Positions 1 through 11,233 are shown, counted from the first letter of the whole stretch. The stretch: DNA of 63,071 nucleotides, filler included, from Vannella sp. (GCA_023345925.1; 5 parts of 5 records of this genome joined end to end with filler, not necessarily neighbours in it); one strand, 5' to 3'. Numbers and translations: made by a program. The notes: generated by a model not told the origin, from the sequence alone.

Positions 1-45
1 GATGGAGATTTTGACAAAAGAAATGACGCTTTGAAGCACTTTTTC

Positions 46-1791
46 ATGGCGAGGGGACAGGCTACTGTGGCGGCGAGTCGCCCAACCTTGACGGCTTTGG
101 AGGAGGCTTTGGGAAGGGTGTCGGAGGAACTGATGAAAGTGACATCGGATCACCATCGAAGTGGCTTCACGTCCGTCCGCCTCTCCAATCCAGAATGCTC
201 GGGAGCTCAACTTTACCGAGCGGTGGAGAACCTTATCGAACAAGAACGCCGTAGCTGCACCCTTAGGAGAATCCCACCGATGGAGGAATGTGTAGAGCCA
301 TTCTTGGGTTGGCTACAGGCCAACGGAGTGGATTTGGACTCCTTTCCAGTCAGCTTGCGATACGACCTTGCAGAAGGGTGCGGTTTGGTCGCCACCCGCA
401 ATCTTGCCAAAGAAGAAGAGTTCATCCGAATCCCGCAGAGTCTGATCATCTCAGGGGCGACAGCAGACGAAGCAGGCCTGTTGGAAATCAAAGCCGATCC
501 CATCCAAGTCCGTTCCTCCGTTCCCTCTCTCTCCTCAACTTACCATCCAAGCAGAAGATGGAATCTGTGAAGTTAGCAACCTTCTTAGTGTTTGAGAAGC
601 AACGCGCCTCCTCCAAATGGAGGCCCTACATTGATGTGATGCCTCGTCAATTGAGTCTTCCTCTCTTTTGGAGCCCAGAAGAGCTCTCTCATCTTCAGGG
701 CACCTCTTCTTACGGCTCAGCCATTCAGCAATTCGTGAATACGCTAATGCAATTCTTTCACATTCGAAGGGCCCTTCAGATCCAAGAGCAACACAAGAAG
801 CTCGCCACCTTCACCTTTGAAGAGTATCGCTGGGCGGTTGGCATTGTCATGTCCCGGCAGAACCTGGTTCCCGTTCAAGGAAAGTCGCAAATTTGTTTGG
901 TTCCCTTGTGGGATATGATTAATCATGACGAAGGAGAGGTGAGGTTGATGTCTGCCTTGCCTAGCTTGCCGTAAAAAGGGCTGTTCGAGTGACTGACTGA
1001 TAGCAGATGACGACTTACTTTAGCTGTGAAGAAGGCTTGCTCAAGTGTGCTGCCATGCAGGATTTTACTGAAGGGCAACAAGTCTTTATGTACTATGGCA
1101 ACCGCCCCAACGCAATGTTTCTGCTTTACCAGGGATTTGTTTTCCCTAGGAATGAGACAAAGCTGTTCAGTTTCCATCACCGATTGTGCGCTTCCACTTG
1201 GTTTTATAATGCGAGACTCACTCTGTTGCAGGGTTGGCGAAGGTGACAAGTTCAAGGCTGCCAAAAACATGTTTTTGACGAAACATGGAATGAACCAGTG
1301 CGTTTCAGCAGAGGATCGTTCTTCTTTTCGTTCTAATGCTGGACAGGACTTCCATCACAGTTGATCTGGAGGAAGATGTTGCTCGTTGGAAGTGCATGGT
1401 CGGACTAAGAACTGGTGCTGCTACTCCCGAAGAGCTTCGGGCTCAGAATGCCCTTCCCGATCCAATCGCTCAAGAACTGTCCCTGGAGAATGAGGTGGCA
1501 GCGACAGAGTCCTTTTTGGTGGCAGCGAAAGCTATTTCCCAATGGAAAATGGAAGCACGATCCCACATTCACGAAGAATCTGAGAGTCTTCCGGAGAACT
1601 CCCGAATGGCTCAATTACTTCAAGCAGAGGAGGACGACATTCTCCAGCAAACCATCAGTTTTGCAGAAGCTTATCGTTCAACTCTTCGTAAAAGAGAGAA
1701 AAAGAAGCAACAACGCCAAAAGCAGAAGGTGAAGAAGCAAAAAGTGAAAGACGAGGGATTGCTGCTTTCAGCGGTCGAGGAACTGGACTAA
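46..1791 (+). CDS. SETD3: SETD3-like SET-domain methyltransferase (actin-histidine methyltransferase family), spliced
   Basis: ORFs 31-570, 288-974, 1007-1246 and 1336-1791 join through GT-AG introns (e.g. 508-550). Motifs: GCGLVATRNL, WRPYIDVMP, YRWAVGIVMSRQN, PLWDMINH, GQQVFMYYGNRPN. First in-frame ATG is at 46. Confidence 0.75.
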
Positions 1792-1852
1792 AGAACCCCA
1801 GACAGTGGTTTTGATAATCAAAATGGCTGAGCGCTTTCTATCATGATGACGG

Positions 1853-4800
1853 TTACTTCCATACTTTTATAACACCGTCACGGGCAGAGGAAATAAGAAT
1901 GTTCATGGGTTGTTCTCCCACAACAATGTCGAGAATGGTGTCGTGATGGCTAGAATTTGGACTCAAAACTCGATCTGACGTTGCTCCAGAGAAACCAACA
2001 AAATTTTGGTTGTTGGGTGTCTCTTGGAAGACTTCCAGGGAGTCATGACGTTCAGAAGAATAGCGAGGTTGCACTCCGTCCTGCTCCAAGCCACTCACAA
2101 TAAATGAGCGGCTTACATTCGCCAGACTCCAGTAGCGGAGGCATTTGTCCGAGGAACCAGTGAGAAAGTAACTTGCGTCCGGAAGCATCGTCAGAGCACG
2201 GTGAGTTTTGGAGTGGGCGGGCATGTTTCGCAGTCTTTCAGCGTGCTTTTGAGGATTAGGTGGCGTCCGCGCAACCGCAGCCAAATGAGGAGGAATTCCA
2301 CTCGGGGAACTTACGCCAGATCGGTGAGGATCGGTGGAGAGAACTTGCCAGAGCGTGCGAGGTTCCTGTTGTGCTATATCCCACTCCATAATCTCCCCAT
2401 TTCCTACAGTAGCTAGGAACTGAGTTCCCTGGCGATGTACCATTCTATGGATTTGATTGTCTGTGCCTGGTTGCCACCAAGTTGCTACTGGTACATCGAA
2501 ACGGAGGTCCCAACAGGTGTAGCAGCCTCGTATCGTCCCTGTTAGCAGCCAATGATGGTCTGGATCTACAACCATGCTGGTGATGGCACCAGCGCGGCTG
2601 GAATTATTCAATTGGAAGGCTTCGCGACGCAGCCGAAGGTCAAATCCATGAACCCGTCCTGAGCTTGTTGCACAAGCTAAAAGTGAAGGAGTGCCGTTGT
2701 TGTAATGTTCCATGGCGTTGATGGCCCCTTCTGCACTGTAGAACTGTTCCATAGGACTGCATTGCTTGTAGTCCACTGCATCTTTCCGTGAGGCATCAAA
2801 ATCAACACGGAAAAGACTGACTCGCCCGCGCTCAGAACCGCAAGCGATTGTGTGGGATTGCTCAAGAATAGCAAGTGAGAGAAGCTTTCCACCTTGACCT
2901 AGTTGGTCAAATATCAGGCGAGAGCGGTTTGTCACTTTTTTTTCTAGTCTTTGGCAGTCCCAAATGCGTACAGTCCCGTCGTGGGAGCAGGAAGCGAAGA
3001 ATTGATTGTCCTCGACTATCCGCAGTCGAGTCACGGCAAGCTTATGCTCAGTCAAATGTGCCACTAAAGTACCAGTTGGTCTCCAGTTTTTCAAAGGGTC
3101 AGGGCGTGGGCCGTTGACAACTGGAATCTCTGCCCGCTTCACTTTTCCAAAGTCTGGCAACTCAGGCGGGGTCACAAGCAATGGCAAGGAGGCCAATCTT
3201 TCTATCTTCGACTGCTCTTTCACAGCTGCTTGAAGAGACCGCGCTTTGTTTGAGTAGGGCACTATTCCGGTTTGTTGTGGATTTGTGAGGAAGTGAGTAA
3301 GATAGTACCAACGATTATCAGCTTCTACTCGTTCTAATGGAGTTGCAGAATCACCCACACTGGGAAGGGTGACTTGGTAAGAGGTGATTCCGAGCTTATC
3401 CGAAGCGAAGATACTCAAATTAGCACGACTTTCTGTGGAGGCTATGTGTCGAGCAACGTCCTTAATGTAAGAAGACATAAGTAAGAGGTATTTCTGATCA
3501 TCAGTGGAAATGCCTTGCTCTGTCATGCACTGAGAAAAGATCTGGATGAAGGAGTCGTTTGGATCAAAAGGGTGCGCTGGCTTGGTGTTGTTCCCCAGAC
3601 TTTGCGTTCGCAACTTACTTTGGTGAGCTGCGGCTGTTGCCCACCTCTGGAGTGCAAAGTTGCAAACTTGAACGCCACTCTCGTAGAGTGAGCGTGGAAT
3701 GGGTGGTAAGAGGCAGGACTGAAGCGAATCACAAGTGATATCGACAATATCCACTAATACGAAAGGCCTAATTAGTTCTATAAGGAAAGTGAAGCGATCT
3801 ACCAAGTCTAATCGCTCGGCAATGCAACTGGAAAGGGAGATGCTACTGTTTCTTATCCAAACGTTCGGATGGAGGAGAAGGGGAGATGTCTTTCGAGCGA
3901 TATCGTAAAGAGTCTGCTGGCGAAAAAGCCCTCGGTGTGCCATGCTGGCCAAAGAATTAATGGCTTTGTTGATAACAAACTCCTCCTTATCCGAAAGAGC
4001 CTGTAAAATGCAGGGGTACACAAAAGACTCCAGACTGTGACCACCAACGTACTCACACACGCCCACCACACTCGCAAAGAAGTCACTTCGCAGTTCCCAA
4101 TCATTCTCGTTCAAAAAGGTCACAATCAGAGGAAGGAGAAAGTCCGACGTCTTCTTTTTCCCAAAGAATTGAGCCATTCGGGAGATGTCACCAAGAAGAG
4201 CACGCTTCACACAGCTTGGGCAATCCTTCCAAAACATGCTACTGATTATCTGGGAAAAGAGGCCGTGAATCTCTTGGAGGCTGGTATCGTAGTTGCTAAA
4301 CTTGGGGGCTGCTAATGTAGCAGCCAGGGGAGAAACACTTGAAATATCAGCAGAACTGCTGCTGCGCAAAGGAGTCGGAGATGAGTAAGAGGGTAAATGG
4401 GTTTTGAGAACGAGAATTTGCGAGGACTCCAAAAAGCGACGAGCAATCTCAGCCAGTTTGGCAAGATATCGAGCGAAGGTTTCTTTCACAATTGGATCGT
4501 TGTCAGAGGAAAGGTGTTCCACAGCAGGGAGAATGTACTCTGGGAAGACGTGAACATCGCTGGCTGGCACCTTTTGAATCATATCCAGAACCTGGACGAG
4601 GCACAAGAAACTGTGAGAGCGCACAGAAGCACTCTCATCGTGAAGAAGTGAAATGATGTAAGGAACGATTCGTTGTAGCCTGCAGTTATCGTCGCAATGG
4701 GAAGACATTTTGACAAACAGCATGAGGGACTTGACTTTCACTTCCGGGGAACGGACGTGGCGGACGACAGAGCACAAAAGGGACAATAAAAGCGTCATGC

Positions 4801-6226
4801 CTGGGAGAATCGCACCAGCTGGAGGCCAGCTGGGAAGTCCCGAAGAAGCGTCCCATGTTGACTGGACAGCCTCTGGAGGAATAACCGCGCGTTTCTTCCT
4901 CCCAGCTTTGTTAGCTGAGAGGCCCTCCACTGAATGCCCTTTGCTTTCCGAGGAAGGATGGAAGCTTTCCAAATTCATCAAAAAGTGATCCGTCTCACAC
5001 AAAAGCGAACTCCCATCCGTTGGGAGTGCAGAAGCAAACGCCAAATACTCTTCGACAAACTGAGCTGGCAAATCCGGTGGAATGCTCACTTGGTCAGATC
5101 GGTGCGCTTTGACTCCCGATGGAGTGGGAGAGGCGGTAGAGCTGGTCTCTTGTTGGGGAATAGGCTTGTCAGTAGGAGTAGGATCTGGGGTTGGCATCTC
5201 CTGTGCAGGCTGGAGGGTCGAAATCTTCCCCGAGAAGAGGTCCACTAAGAGAGGGAAATCTTGGAGCAGTGACAACACTTGAGAGTCGGGAGACTGAGTC
5301 ATCACATTGGAAATGTACGGGTGGAGAGTCTCCAAGTAGCCGGGGAAGCCCATGGCCTCCCACTTTTCGAGATAGTAGTTGGATGTGCGCCGTTCTGATG
5401 GCTCTTTGCTGATCATTTGCTTGATAAGGTTGCGCACAGGTTCCGAATCGATGCGATCAATGGCAGAGCCGGGGTTGTACTCGCCCTTGCGGTAGGACAA
5501 GAGCTGGGCAAGGGTGAAGATCGTTCGCGGGATTCCATCAAGGAAGAGCTCGGCGATCACACAACCAAGCGAGAAGATGTCACTCTCATGCGTGTGATCA
5601 CCCTGGACAACGTCCTTACCACTGATGAAGCGCTCAGGCGCCAAATAGCAGGTGCGGCGCCCACTATTGTCAAAGAAGAAGGAGAACTCAGCTGGGCCGT
5701 CCTCAGGGATGTGAGTGGGTTTGTAACATGCAAAGTCGACTAGATACACCCAGTTCCAAGAGGTGAGCATGACGTTCTCCGACTTGATGTCGCCATGGCA
5801 GATGCCGTAGAACTGGCACTCCTGCAGCGCCTTGAGCAGCTGAAAGGAGATCCAGATCTTCTCGATGGGAGCTAGGAAGGGGCGACTACCAATGCGGTCG
5901 TGGAGGTTGTGGGCAAAGTACTGGCGGATCATGTAACCCGCCTTCTCGGTGATGATGAACTTGCGGTTGGGGCAGATGTTCTTGCATGCGCGCATTTGGA
6001 GGGTGTCTCGGAGGGCTGTGAGCTGACTGACGTACTCTTTGAGTTCTGTGTAAGGGGGCCGTTTGATGTACACTTTGACGATGACCGGCCCTTCATCGTG
6101 AACGCATTTGAGGCACTTGAGGAGGCAGCTGTTACTCAGGCTCTGCTCCATTACAATCGATCCTGGCAAGTCGTGCAAGTAAAAGTCCAACTGCGGGTTC
6201 CCCTGCGTCGCTAACTTGTTCCCCAT
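1853..6226 (-). CDS. VPS15: Phosphoinositide 3-kinase regulatory subunit 4 (Vps15): kinase, HEAT repeats, WD40
   Basis: N-terminal MGNKL (myristoylation-type start, ATG 6226). Motifs HGDIKSENVMLTSWNW, DFACYKP and RRTCYLAPERF; HEAT region; WD40 tail ending ARDGVIKVWK. Confidence 0.95.
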   Translation of the reverse strand: MGNKLATQGNPQLDFYLHDLPGSIVMEQSLSNSCLLKCLKCVHDEGPVIVKVYIKRPPYTELKEYVSQLTALRDTLQMRACKNICPNRKFIITEKAGYMIRQYFAHNLHDRIGSRPFLAPIEKIWISFQLLKALQECQFYGICHGDIKSENVMLTSWNWVYLVDFACYKPTHIPEDGPAEFSFFFDNSGRRTCYLAPERFISGKDVVQGDHTHESDIFSLGCVIAELFLDGIPRTIFTLAQLLSYRKGEYNPGSAIDRIDSEPVRNLIKQMISKEPSERRTSNYYLEKWEAMGFPGYLETLHPYISNVMTQSPDSQVLSLLQDFPLLVDLFSGKISTLQPAQEMPTPDPTPTDKPIPQQETSSTASPTPSGVKAHRSDQVSIPPDLPAQFVEEYLAFASALPTDGSSLLCETDHFLMNLESFHPSSESKGHSVEGLSANKAGRKKRAVIPPEAVQSTWDASSGLPSWPPAGAILPGMTLLLSLLCSVVRHVRSPEVKVKSLMLFVKMSSHCDDNCRLQRIVPYIISLLHDESASVRSHSFLCLVQVLDMIQKVPASDVHVFPEYILPAVEHLSSDNDPIVKETFARYLAKLAEIARRFLESSQILVLKTHLPSYSSPTPLRSSSSADISSVSPLAATLAAPKFSNYDTSLQEIHGLFSQIISSMFWKDCPSCVKRALLGDISRMAQFFGKKKTSDFLLPLIVTFLNENDWELRSDFFASVVGVCEYVGGHSLESFVYPCILQALSDKEEFVINKAINSLASMAHRGLFRQQTLYDIARKTSPLLLHPNVWIRNSSISLSSCIAERLDLVDRFTFLIELIRPFVLVDIVDITCDSLQSCLLPPIPRSLYESGVQVCNFALQRWATAAAHQSKLRTQSLGNNTKPAHPFDPNDSFIQIFSQCMTEQGISTDDQKYLLLMSSYIKDVARHIASTESRANLSIFASDKLGITSYQVTLPSVGDSATPLERVEADNRWYYLTHFLTNPQQTGIVPYSNKARSLQAAVKEQSKIERLASLPLLVTPPELPDFGKVKRAEIPVVNGPRPDPLKNWRPTGTLVAHLTEHKLAVTRLRIVEDNQFFASCSHDGTVRIWDCQRLEKKVTNRSRLIFDQLGQGGKLLSLAILEQSHTIACGSERGRVSLFRVDFDASRKDAVDYKQCSPMEQFYSAEGAINAMEHYNNGTPSLLACATSSGRVHGFDLRLRREAFQLNNSSRAGAITSMVVDPDHHWLLTGTIRGCYTCWDLRFDVPVATWWQPGTDNQIHRMVHRQGTQFLATVGNGEIMEWDIAQQEPRTLWQVLSTDPHRSGVSSPSGIPPHLAAVARTPPNPQKHAERLRNMPAHSKTHRALTMLPDASYFLTGSSDKCLRYWSLANVSRSFIVSGLEQDGVQPRYSSERHDSLEVFQETPNNQNFVGFSGATSDRVLSPNSSHHDTILDIVVGEQPMNILISSARDGVIKVWK

Positions 6227-6350
6227 CCTTCTGTCCTCTCCCTTGGCTCGAGGCGCTTCAAAATAGGCTGAAAAGGAGGGCCCGAGAGAGATTATATTGT
6301 GAAACAAATAATATTGAAAAAGAACGTACAATTCTTTGGATGAATATTCT

Positions 6351-8267
6351 TTAATTTTCGCTGTCCGAGCCCATGCATGGGTCCGTGAGGTTTTCCTCTG
6401 GCTTGAGGTCTTCACTGTGGTTTCCAGCGCGGTTTTGCCGTTGACGTTCTTTCGTCACTTTCTTGGCCTCTTTGCGCTTCGTTCTCAGCTCTTCCCGAGA
6501 AGGACCAATGGGCCTGTCCACCCACTCTCCTTCTGTCAACTCGCCCTCTTCATCTTCTGAGAGAGCGTTGTCGTCTCGGAGAAGATCTGGTGCAGTCGCT
6601 ACGCCCTTGACATCAGCGGTCATTCCAGTAAGGGACTGGTGGAAGACGTCTTGCAGCTCTCCGTCCTCCCGTGACTCTTGCTTTGCAAAGGGGTCGACAA
6701 TGTGGCTTAAATGACGCGGGATGAAGCTGTCCAAGAAGACCTTCTCATCCAGCTCTTCTTCCACAGAGAAGCAACCCTGGCGGGCCTCACAACGGTTCAG
6801 AAGGGCGGAGAGATACTCTTCCTCATTGTCTTTCGTGATAGTAATGTCTGTGATGTAGTTGAAGAGCTCTCTAGTCGTCATCAGATTCGAGAGACCACGG
6901 CGTTGGAAAAACTTGAGGATGTTATCGCAGTCCCTTCGAAGGAAGTCCAGAGCATTGGGGTGCTCGAACTCTACAGCCTGAGCAACGTCAATGAACCACA
7001 AGCTGCCTTGGTGGTAGAGAATGTTGTACTCGCTCAAATCGGCATGAACTAGCGTGGCCTGTTGGAACATGATCCGCATGTAGCGAGCACACTGCAAACT
7101 CAATTCTGTCCACTGTTTAGGTGACAAGCCCTCCACGTCGCGCAGCTGAGGCGCAGCCTTTTCGCCTACGCCAATGAAAGACATCACAAGGATGTTCTTG
7201 CGCAGTAGGACCACCTGGGGACAGGGAATGCCACTGCGAGAGAGGCGATAAAGGTTCTCTTTCTCCTTCTCAGCCCAGACCTGAATGAACTTGCGATTGG
7301 ACTGTTTGTTGAACTTGTAACGGAAGCGGAAGTCGTCTCTGATGTAATCCTCGCGGTTCTTGAACTCATTGAGGGTGGTTTTGTAGATTTTGATGGCGTA
7401 TTGATCATCACTGTCCCCTGCTGTTGCTCTGTACACGTTCGCTTCCTTGCCACTGCTAACAATGCCCGCGATCTCCCTGATGAGGTTGGCGTTGAGCATC
7501 TTGTAGAGAAGAAGCCGAGTTTGAGTGTCCATAACTCCCTCACGGGTCTCTCGATCCTCTTTACCGGTCTTGCGGATGCGACGGGATTCAGAACGAACGG
7601 CATGCTGGTTGAGTTCATTGAAAACAGGGTTGGGGAGGCTCAATTGATCATCAACCATGTTGCCACACTCAATGCTTAGCTGAGTATCGAGTACCTGTGT
7701 GTTACGAGCCTCACAAAGCTCCTTATCATGCTTGGTGGTGATCTTGTCCTCTTCTGATCGGGCAGGCTTCTCAGGCTTGGCAGGTGTGCGACCAACAGGC
7801 TTCTGCCATGACTTGTGAGCGCGTCGTGCAAAGAACTCATCGTCGTCTTCTTCCTCCTCGTAGGAGTCCTCGTCTTCCTCCTCTCCCAAGGGACGAACCA
7901 CCTCCTCCTCAAAGAGTCGACCGTAAGGTGTGACGATGGCAATGTTTGAGTTGGCGTTTCGCTGGCGGAGAAGTGTGTGATAGTCCCTTTGTGTTTGATT
8001 GAGATCCTCCTGTAGTTGGAGAGCAAGTAAGTAGTCTTCTGTAAGTTGCTCGCAAGCTTGAGGGTCCGCTGGTATATCGGACGTGAGCTCTTGTTGGGCC
8101 ATTTCCTCCGAAAGGCGGAGAGCCAGGCGGAAGTCCTCCTCCTCTTGTGATGCCGCCACCATTTCGTTGACTCCATCCTCAAGATCCTGAAGCTTTCTTG
8201 CGTATTCCTCGTCCATGATCTCTGCTAGTGAGAGCGCAGGGGCATAGGATACGGGAAGATAGGCCAT
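6351..8267 (-). CDS. RIOK3: RIO-family kinase, RIOK3/SudD-like
   Basis: Motifs SGKEANVY, AIKIYKT, WAEKE, LVHADLSEYNIL and IDVAQAVE. The N-terminal EEDFRLALRL/EDYLLALQLQ segments and ITTKHD are typical of RIOK3. Confidence 0.85.
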   Translation of the reverse strand: MAYLPVSYAPALSLAEIMDEEYARKLQDLEDGVNEMVAASQEEEDFRLALRLSEEMAQQELTSDIPADPQACEQLTEDYLLALQLQEDLNQTQRDYHTLLRQRNANSNIAIVTPYGRLFEEEVVRPLGEEEDEDSYEEEEDDDEFFARRAHKSWQKPVGRTPAKPEKPARSEEDKITTKHDKELCEARNTQVLDTQLSIECGNMVDDQLSLPNPVFNELNQHAVRSESRRIRKTGKEDRETREGVMDTQTRLLLYKMLNANLIREIAGIVSSGKEANVYRATAGDSDDQYAIKIYKTTLNEFKNREDYIRDDFRFRYKFNKQSNRKFIQVWAEKEKENLYRLSRSGIPCPQVVLLRKNILVMSFIGVGEKAAPQLRDVEGLSPKQWTELSLQCARYMRIMFQQATLVHADLSEYNILYHQGSLWFIDVAQAVEFEHPNALDFLRRDCDNILKFFQRRGLSNLMTTRELFNYITDITITKDNEEEYLSALLNRCEARQGCFSVEEELDEKVFLDSFIPRHLSHIVDPFAKQESREDGELQDVFHQSLTGMTADVKGVATAPDLLRDDNALSEDEEGELTEGEWVDRPIGPSREELRTKRKEAKKVTKERQRQNRAGNHSEDLKPEENLTDPCMGSDSEN

Positions 8268-8528
8268 GTAGGAGAAGAGAAGGGCGAGCAGATAATGAGA
8301 GAAAGCGGGCCTTCTGAGAATCTCCCCTTTCCTCTTCTTTTCCTGAGAAACTCGAAAAGCATTTTATGCATCACTCTAAGAAACGCCTTTCCAGAAGAAT
8401 TCTCAGTTCATACAAATGAGCTTGTTTAGCTTTGAAGGGTTTATTGATGTTGTCCAGTCAGTTTGGTGGCATGTGAGGGTCTCAAAGCCATTAACTGTGG
8501 AAGCAATGTCCAAAGGGTCTTTGCTCTT

Positions 8529-9486
8529 CTACAGACTCTCCAGGATGGCACGCGCCTGCTTCAACTCTGTAGATTGCACAAAATGGTTAGCTGGCAAAAG
8601 AGGGCAAAGGACCACGAAAGATGTACCTCCCAGAAGTACATTGAACTTCTCATTGTCAAGTTCAAAAGCAGATTGGGAGGTCGTCCCCTCTGTGTCTGTG
8701 ACAGCCAGACGGAGTTGGACGGTTGGGACATTCTCGTCTGCATTGTTGGTGCACATGATGTAGTTGACCTTCCAATCCACTGCAGTCAGCTTTGGAACTA
8801 TTCCATTCTTAGTGCTTTGCTAGTGAAAGCCCCTCGTTTGCTCACGTGTGAAAGTCTGCTCCACAAAGTGTTCCTGCAAGACTGTCTTGGCCCCTTCAAA
8901 GGATCGGGCGATAGAGTCACAGTGCTCTATACAGCAAGGATTAGAACGCTTGACACTCAGAGAGTAGCCAGTTCCTGACCTTTTGGGAGCCCAAACTGCT
9001 GCAGCTCGTTGCGGATCGTCTCGTCGTCCACGTTGTACTTGGCACTGTTACTCACGATATAAGTAAGTGCTGCGATAAGGGCTTTGACCTCCGAAGCGTC
9101 TACAAGGGTGTGTTTCGTCAGTTTGGCGCACACATGGAGAAATCATTGTCAAAGTTGCGCACCCAGTTCAGCAGCGGACACCATCTTGGCGACCTTCTGG
9201 AACTGCAAAGGAGGTTAGTCAGCACCTCTGAAAAAGATCGGCCTTGATCTTACGTCAATGGTCTCTCCAAGGATGTGCTTGATGACCATCCCTGCTAAAA
9301 CCTTGATGCGGAGATTTGGCTTTGAGGAGGGTGAGGAGCCTTCCTTCCTGCAAGAGAGGACTCACCAACTTTGAAAGTACACCCACTTCTCTCAAGAGCC
9401 ACTCTGGTGCGTCCAAATCGCCACAAACTCTAAATCTCTGTCTCTCGTCAACATAAGCCGAGGAGGGAGCAGACAACTCGCACCAT
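8529..9486 (-). CDS. COMMD4: COMM domain-containing protein 4, multi-exon
   Basis: ATG at 9486 is followed directly by an intron, then RFRVCGDLDAPEWLLREVGVLSKL (COMMD4 N-terminus). C-terminal COMM domain VDWKVNY...ELKQARAILESL. Confidence 0.88.
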
Positions 9487-9732
9487 TCCCGCTTCAAATT
9501 ATGTTTTTTTTGTTTCTTTTTTTCATTCATTCAAGCCGCAGAAGGTCTACACGTTGAAAGGAACGATGAAATCGCCAGATCGCCAAATCGCCATTTTCAA
9601 GATACCGATCGGATCGAATCATTTTTGCTTTGTTGTGGTGGCAGATCTTTGGTTGTTGACCTTATATAGACACTGGTCTGGGCAGCGGAAAGGGGGCTCG
9701 AGTTTGACTCTGGATGCAGCAGGTCGGAGATC

Positions 9733-10222
9733 TTAGTTCTCCTTACCAACGGAACCTCCAACTTGCTCTCCTTCTTGACGCTGCGCTTGTAATTCAGTCC
9801 ACATGCATTGCATAAGCTGCGAAGGGAAAAGGTAAGAACAATCGATATGCTCCGCGTAGTTATCCAGAGCCTTACGAGATGGAATTATCCGGCCCTCTTC
9901 TCCATTCTGGAGTGTCTGTAGTACCGCATAGATGGCAAGATCTTCCTCTTGTCCTCTTGTATGGTCCTCTCTTGGTCGTAACTTTGTCTTTCTATCCCCG
10001 TTTAGCCTGGTTAAGATCGTCTCATTGTAGCGTCTGTTTAGGTACGAACAGTTTCCTTTGTTTTCTTCCTCGCTTGAATGGTTCTCTTCAGTCCTGGAGC
10101 TTGCTTCTCCTTCCCCTCCTCGAAGTAGACCCTTTCTTGTTATCAGGATGGTGGTGGTAGAAAGATGAAGCAATGGTTGCTTACCATTCGTTTACAAAAC
10201 GTAATGACCCCGCTTTAGACAT
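9733..10222 (-). CDS. Hypothetical protein, two exons
   Basis: ATG 10222 gives MSKAGSLRFVNEW, then a GTAAGC...AG intron joining ORF 9733-10173. No recognised domain. Confidence 0.5.
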
Positions 10223-10487
10223 GATGCTGGGTGAGATGGAGGTGGCAACGACCACCCGAGATCTCGAGAATAATGCATCCCTCTCAACATTCTCTTCTTT
10301 TGGCACTTTCAACTTTTGCTCATTTTTATTAAAATAAAGAGCAAAAGTTGTTTTCCAACCTCATCTTACTCTTTGCTGGTTAAGCCGCACACCTCCTACA
10401 CTTCTATCACCAGCGAAGGAAAGGAGATTGATCGATAATGCATGCCAAATTATTGACATTCTTACCATCTTACTTTCATTACACCTA

Positions 10488-10526
10488 AATCAGCTCCGAT
10501 CCCAAAGCGGGCTTGAGTCTTGATCC
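10488..10526. repeat. Dispersed 39-nt intergenic motif, copy 1 (AATCAGCTCCGATCCCAAAGCGGGCTTGAGTCTTGATCC)
   Basis: 38/39 identical to 44517-44555 on a different contig. Confidence 0.9.
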
Positions 10527-10903
10527 CTAACGGAGATCAGCGAGGCTTGGTTGAACCGTGAACTCTCTTGTTTGACACAACCGGAGCCGTAACTACACTT
10601 GTCCTTTCGTGACAGCGGGAAATACAATCTTCGAAGTGGTTGAACAAAGGGAGTCTGGACAGAACACCGCGAGACCACTCCAACGAACACTACCCAGCGC
10701 AGCCCAATCACATACTCTCATCACACTAGGGGTGTTCGCCTTGCTGGCCATTACTCGAAGGACAAACTGATCGCAGGCTACTAACAGGAGCTCCATCAAG
10801 TCATCTGGGAAGGGAGAGGAGACACCTTTCCCCTTCCGTCTCCCGCCATTGGGCATTCGAGTGTAGGAGGCTTTATTGTTAGTTTGGCGTGTGAATACGC
10901 TAT

Positions 10904-11132
10904 CTAGTCGTCCTTCAGAGAACAGGAGAAGGGTCAGAGAAGGGGAAGCGCGCACCGAATGGCTCACCTCATCAACCCAAGCACTTTCCTCATCGTAGGT
11001 GGGCTCTGAAGGAAGGGAAACAGGCAAACCACTCTGATCAAGGTAGGTACTAAAGGAGGTGAGCATCTTGTTGTTGACAATGTCCGTTTGGGTGATCTTG
11101 TTCTCCGCACGCGCCACTTCCCCGTCCGTCAT
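10904..11132 (-). CDS. Small acidic-tailed hypothetical protein (about 57 aa), two exons
   Basis: MTDGEVARAENKITQTDIVNNKMLTSFSTYLDQ...SAWVDE, intron 10913-10967 (GTGAGC...GAAG), then DD-stop. The start could instead be ATG 11222. The downstream part of the ORF-track call 10593-11222 is probably read-through of this intron. Confidence 0.5.
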
Positions 11133-11233
11133 TTCGTGGAGGGGAGAAATGAGGCCGCCATGGCACGTATTCTCCTTTGACACGCATTGGAGATGGGAGC
11201 CAGTCAGCCCTTGAACAGGCATTTCATTCGGAG

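Noticed and set aside
6227..6415. 63-aa N-terminal extension of Vps15 overlapping RIOK3
   Set aside because: It starts at a non-ATG codon, and the conserved MGN start is at 6226.
10525..10531. CCCTAAC as a telomerase RNA template
   Set aside because: It covers only one repeat plus one base, and no supporting pseudoknot could be identified by eye.
10649..10793. RNase P/MRP-like P4 pairing (AGTCTG/CAGGCT)
   Set aside because: The CR-I GGAA motif is missing and the spacing is too short; it cannot be supported without a covariance-model search.
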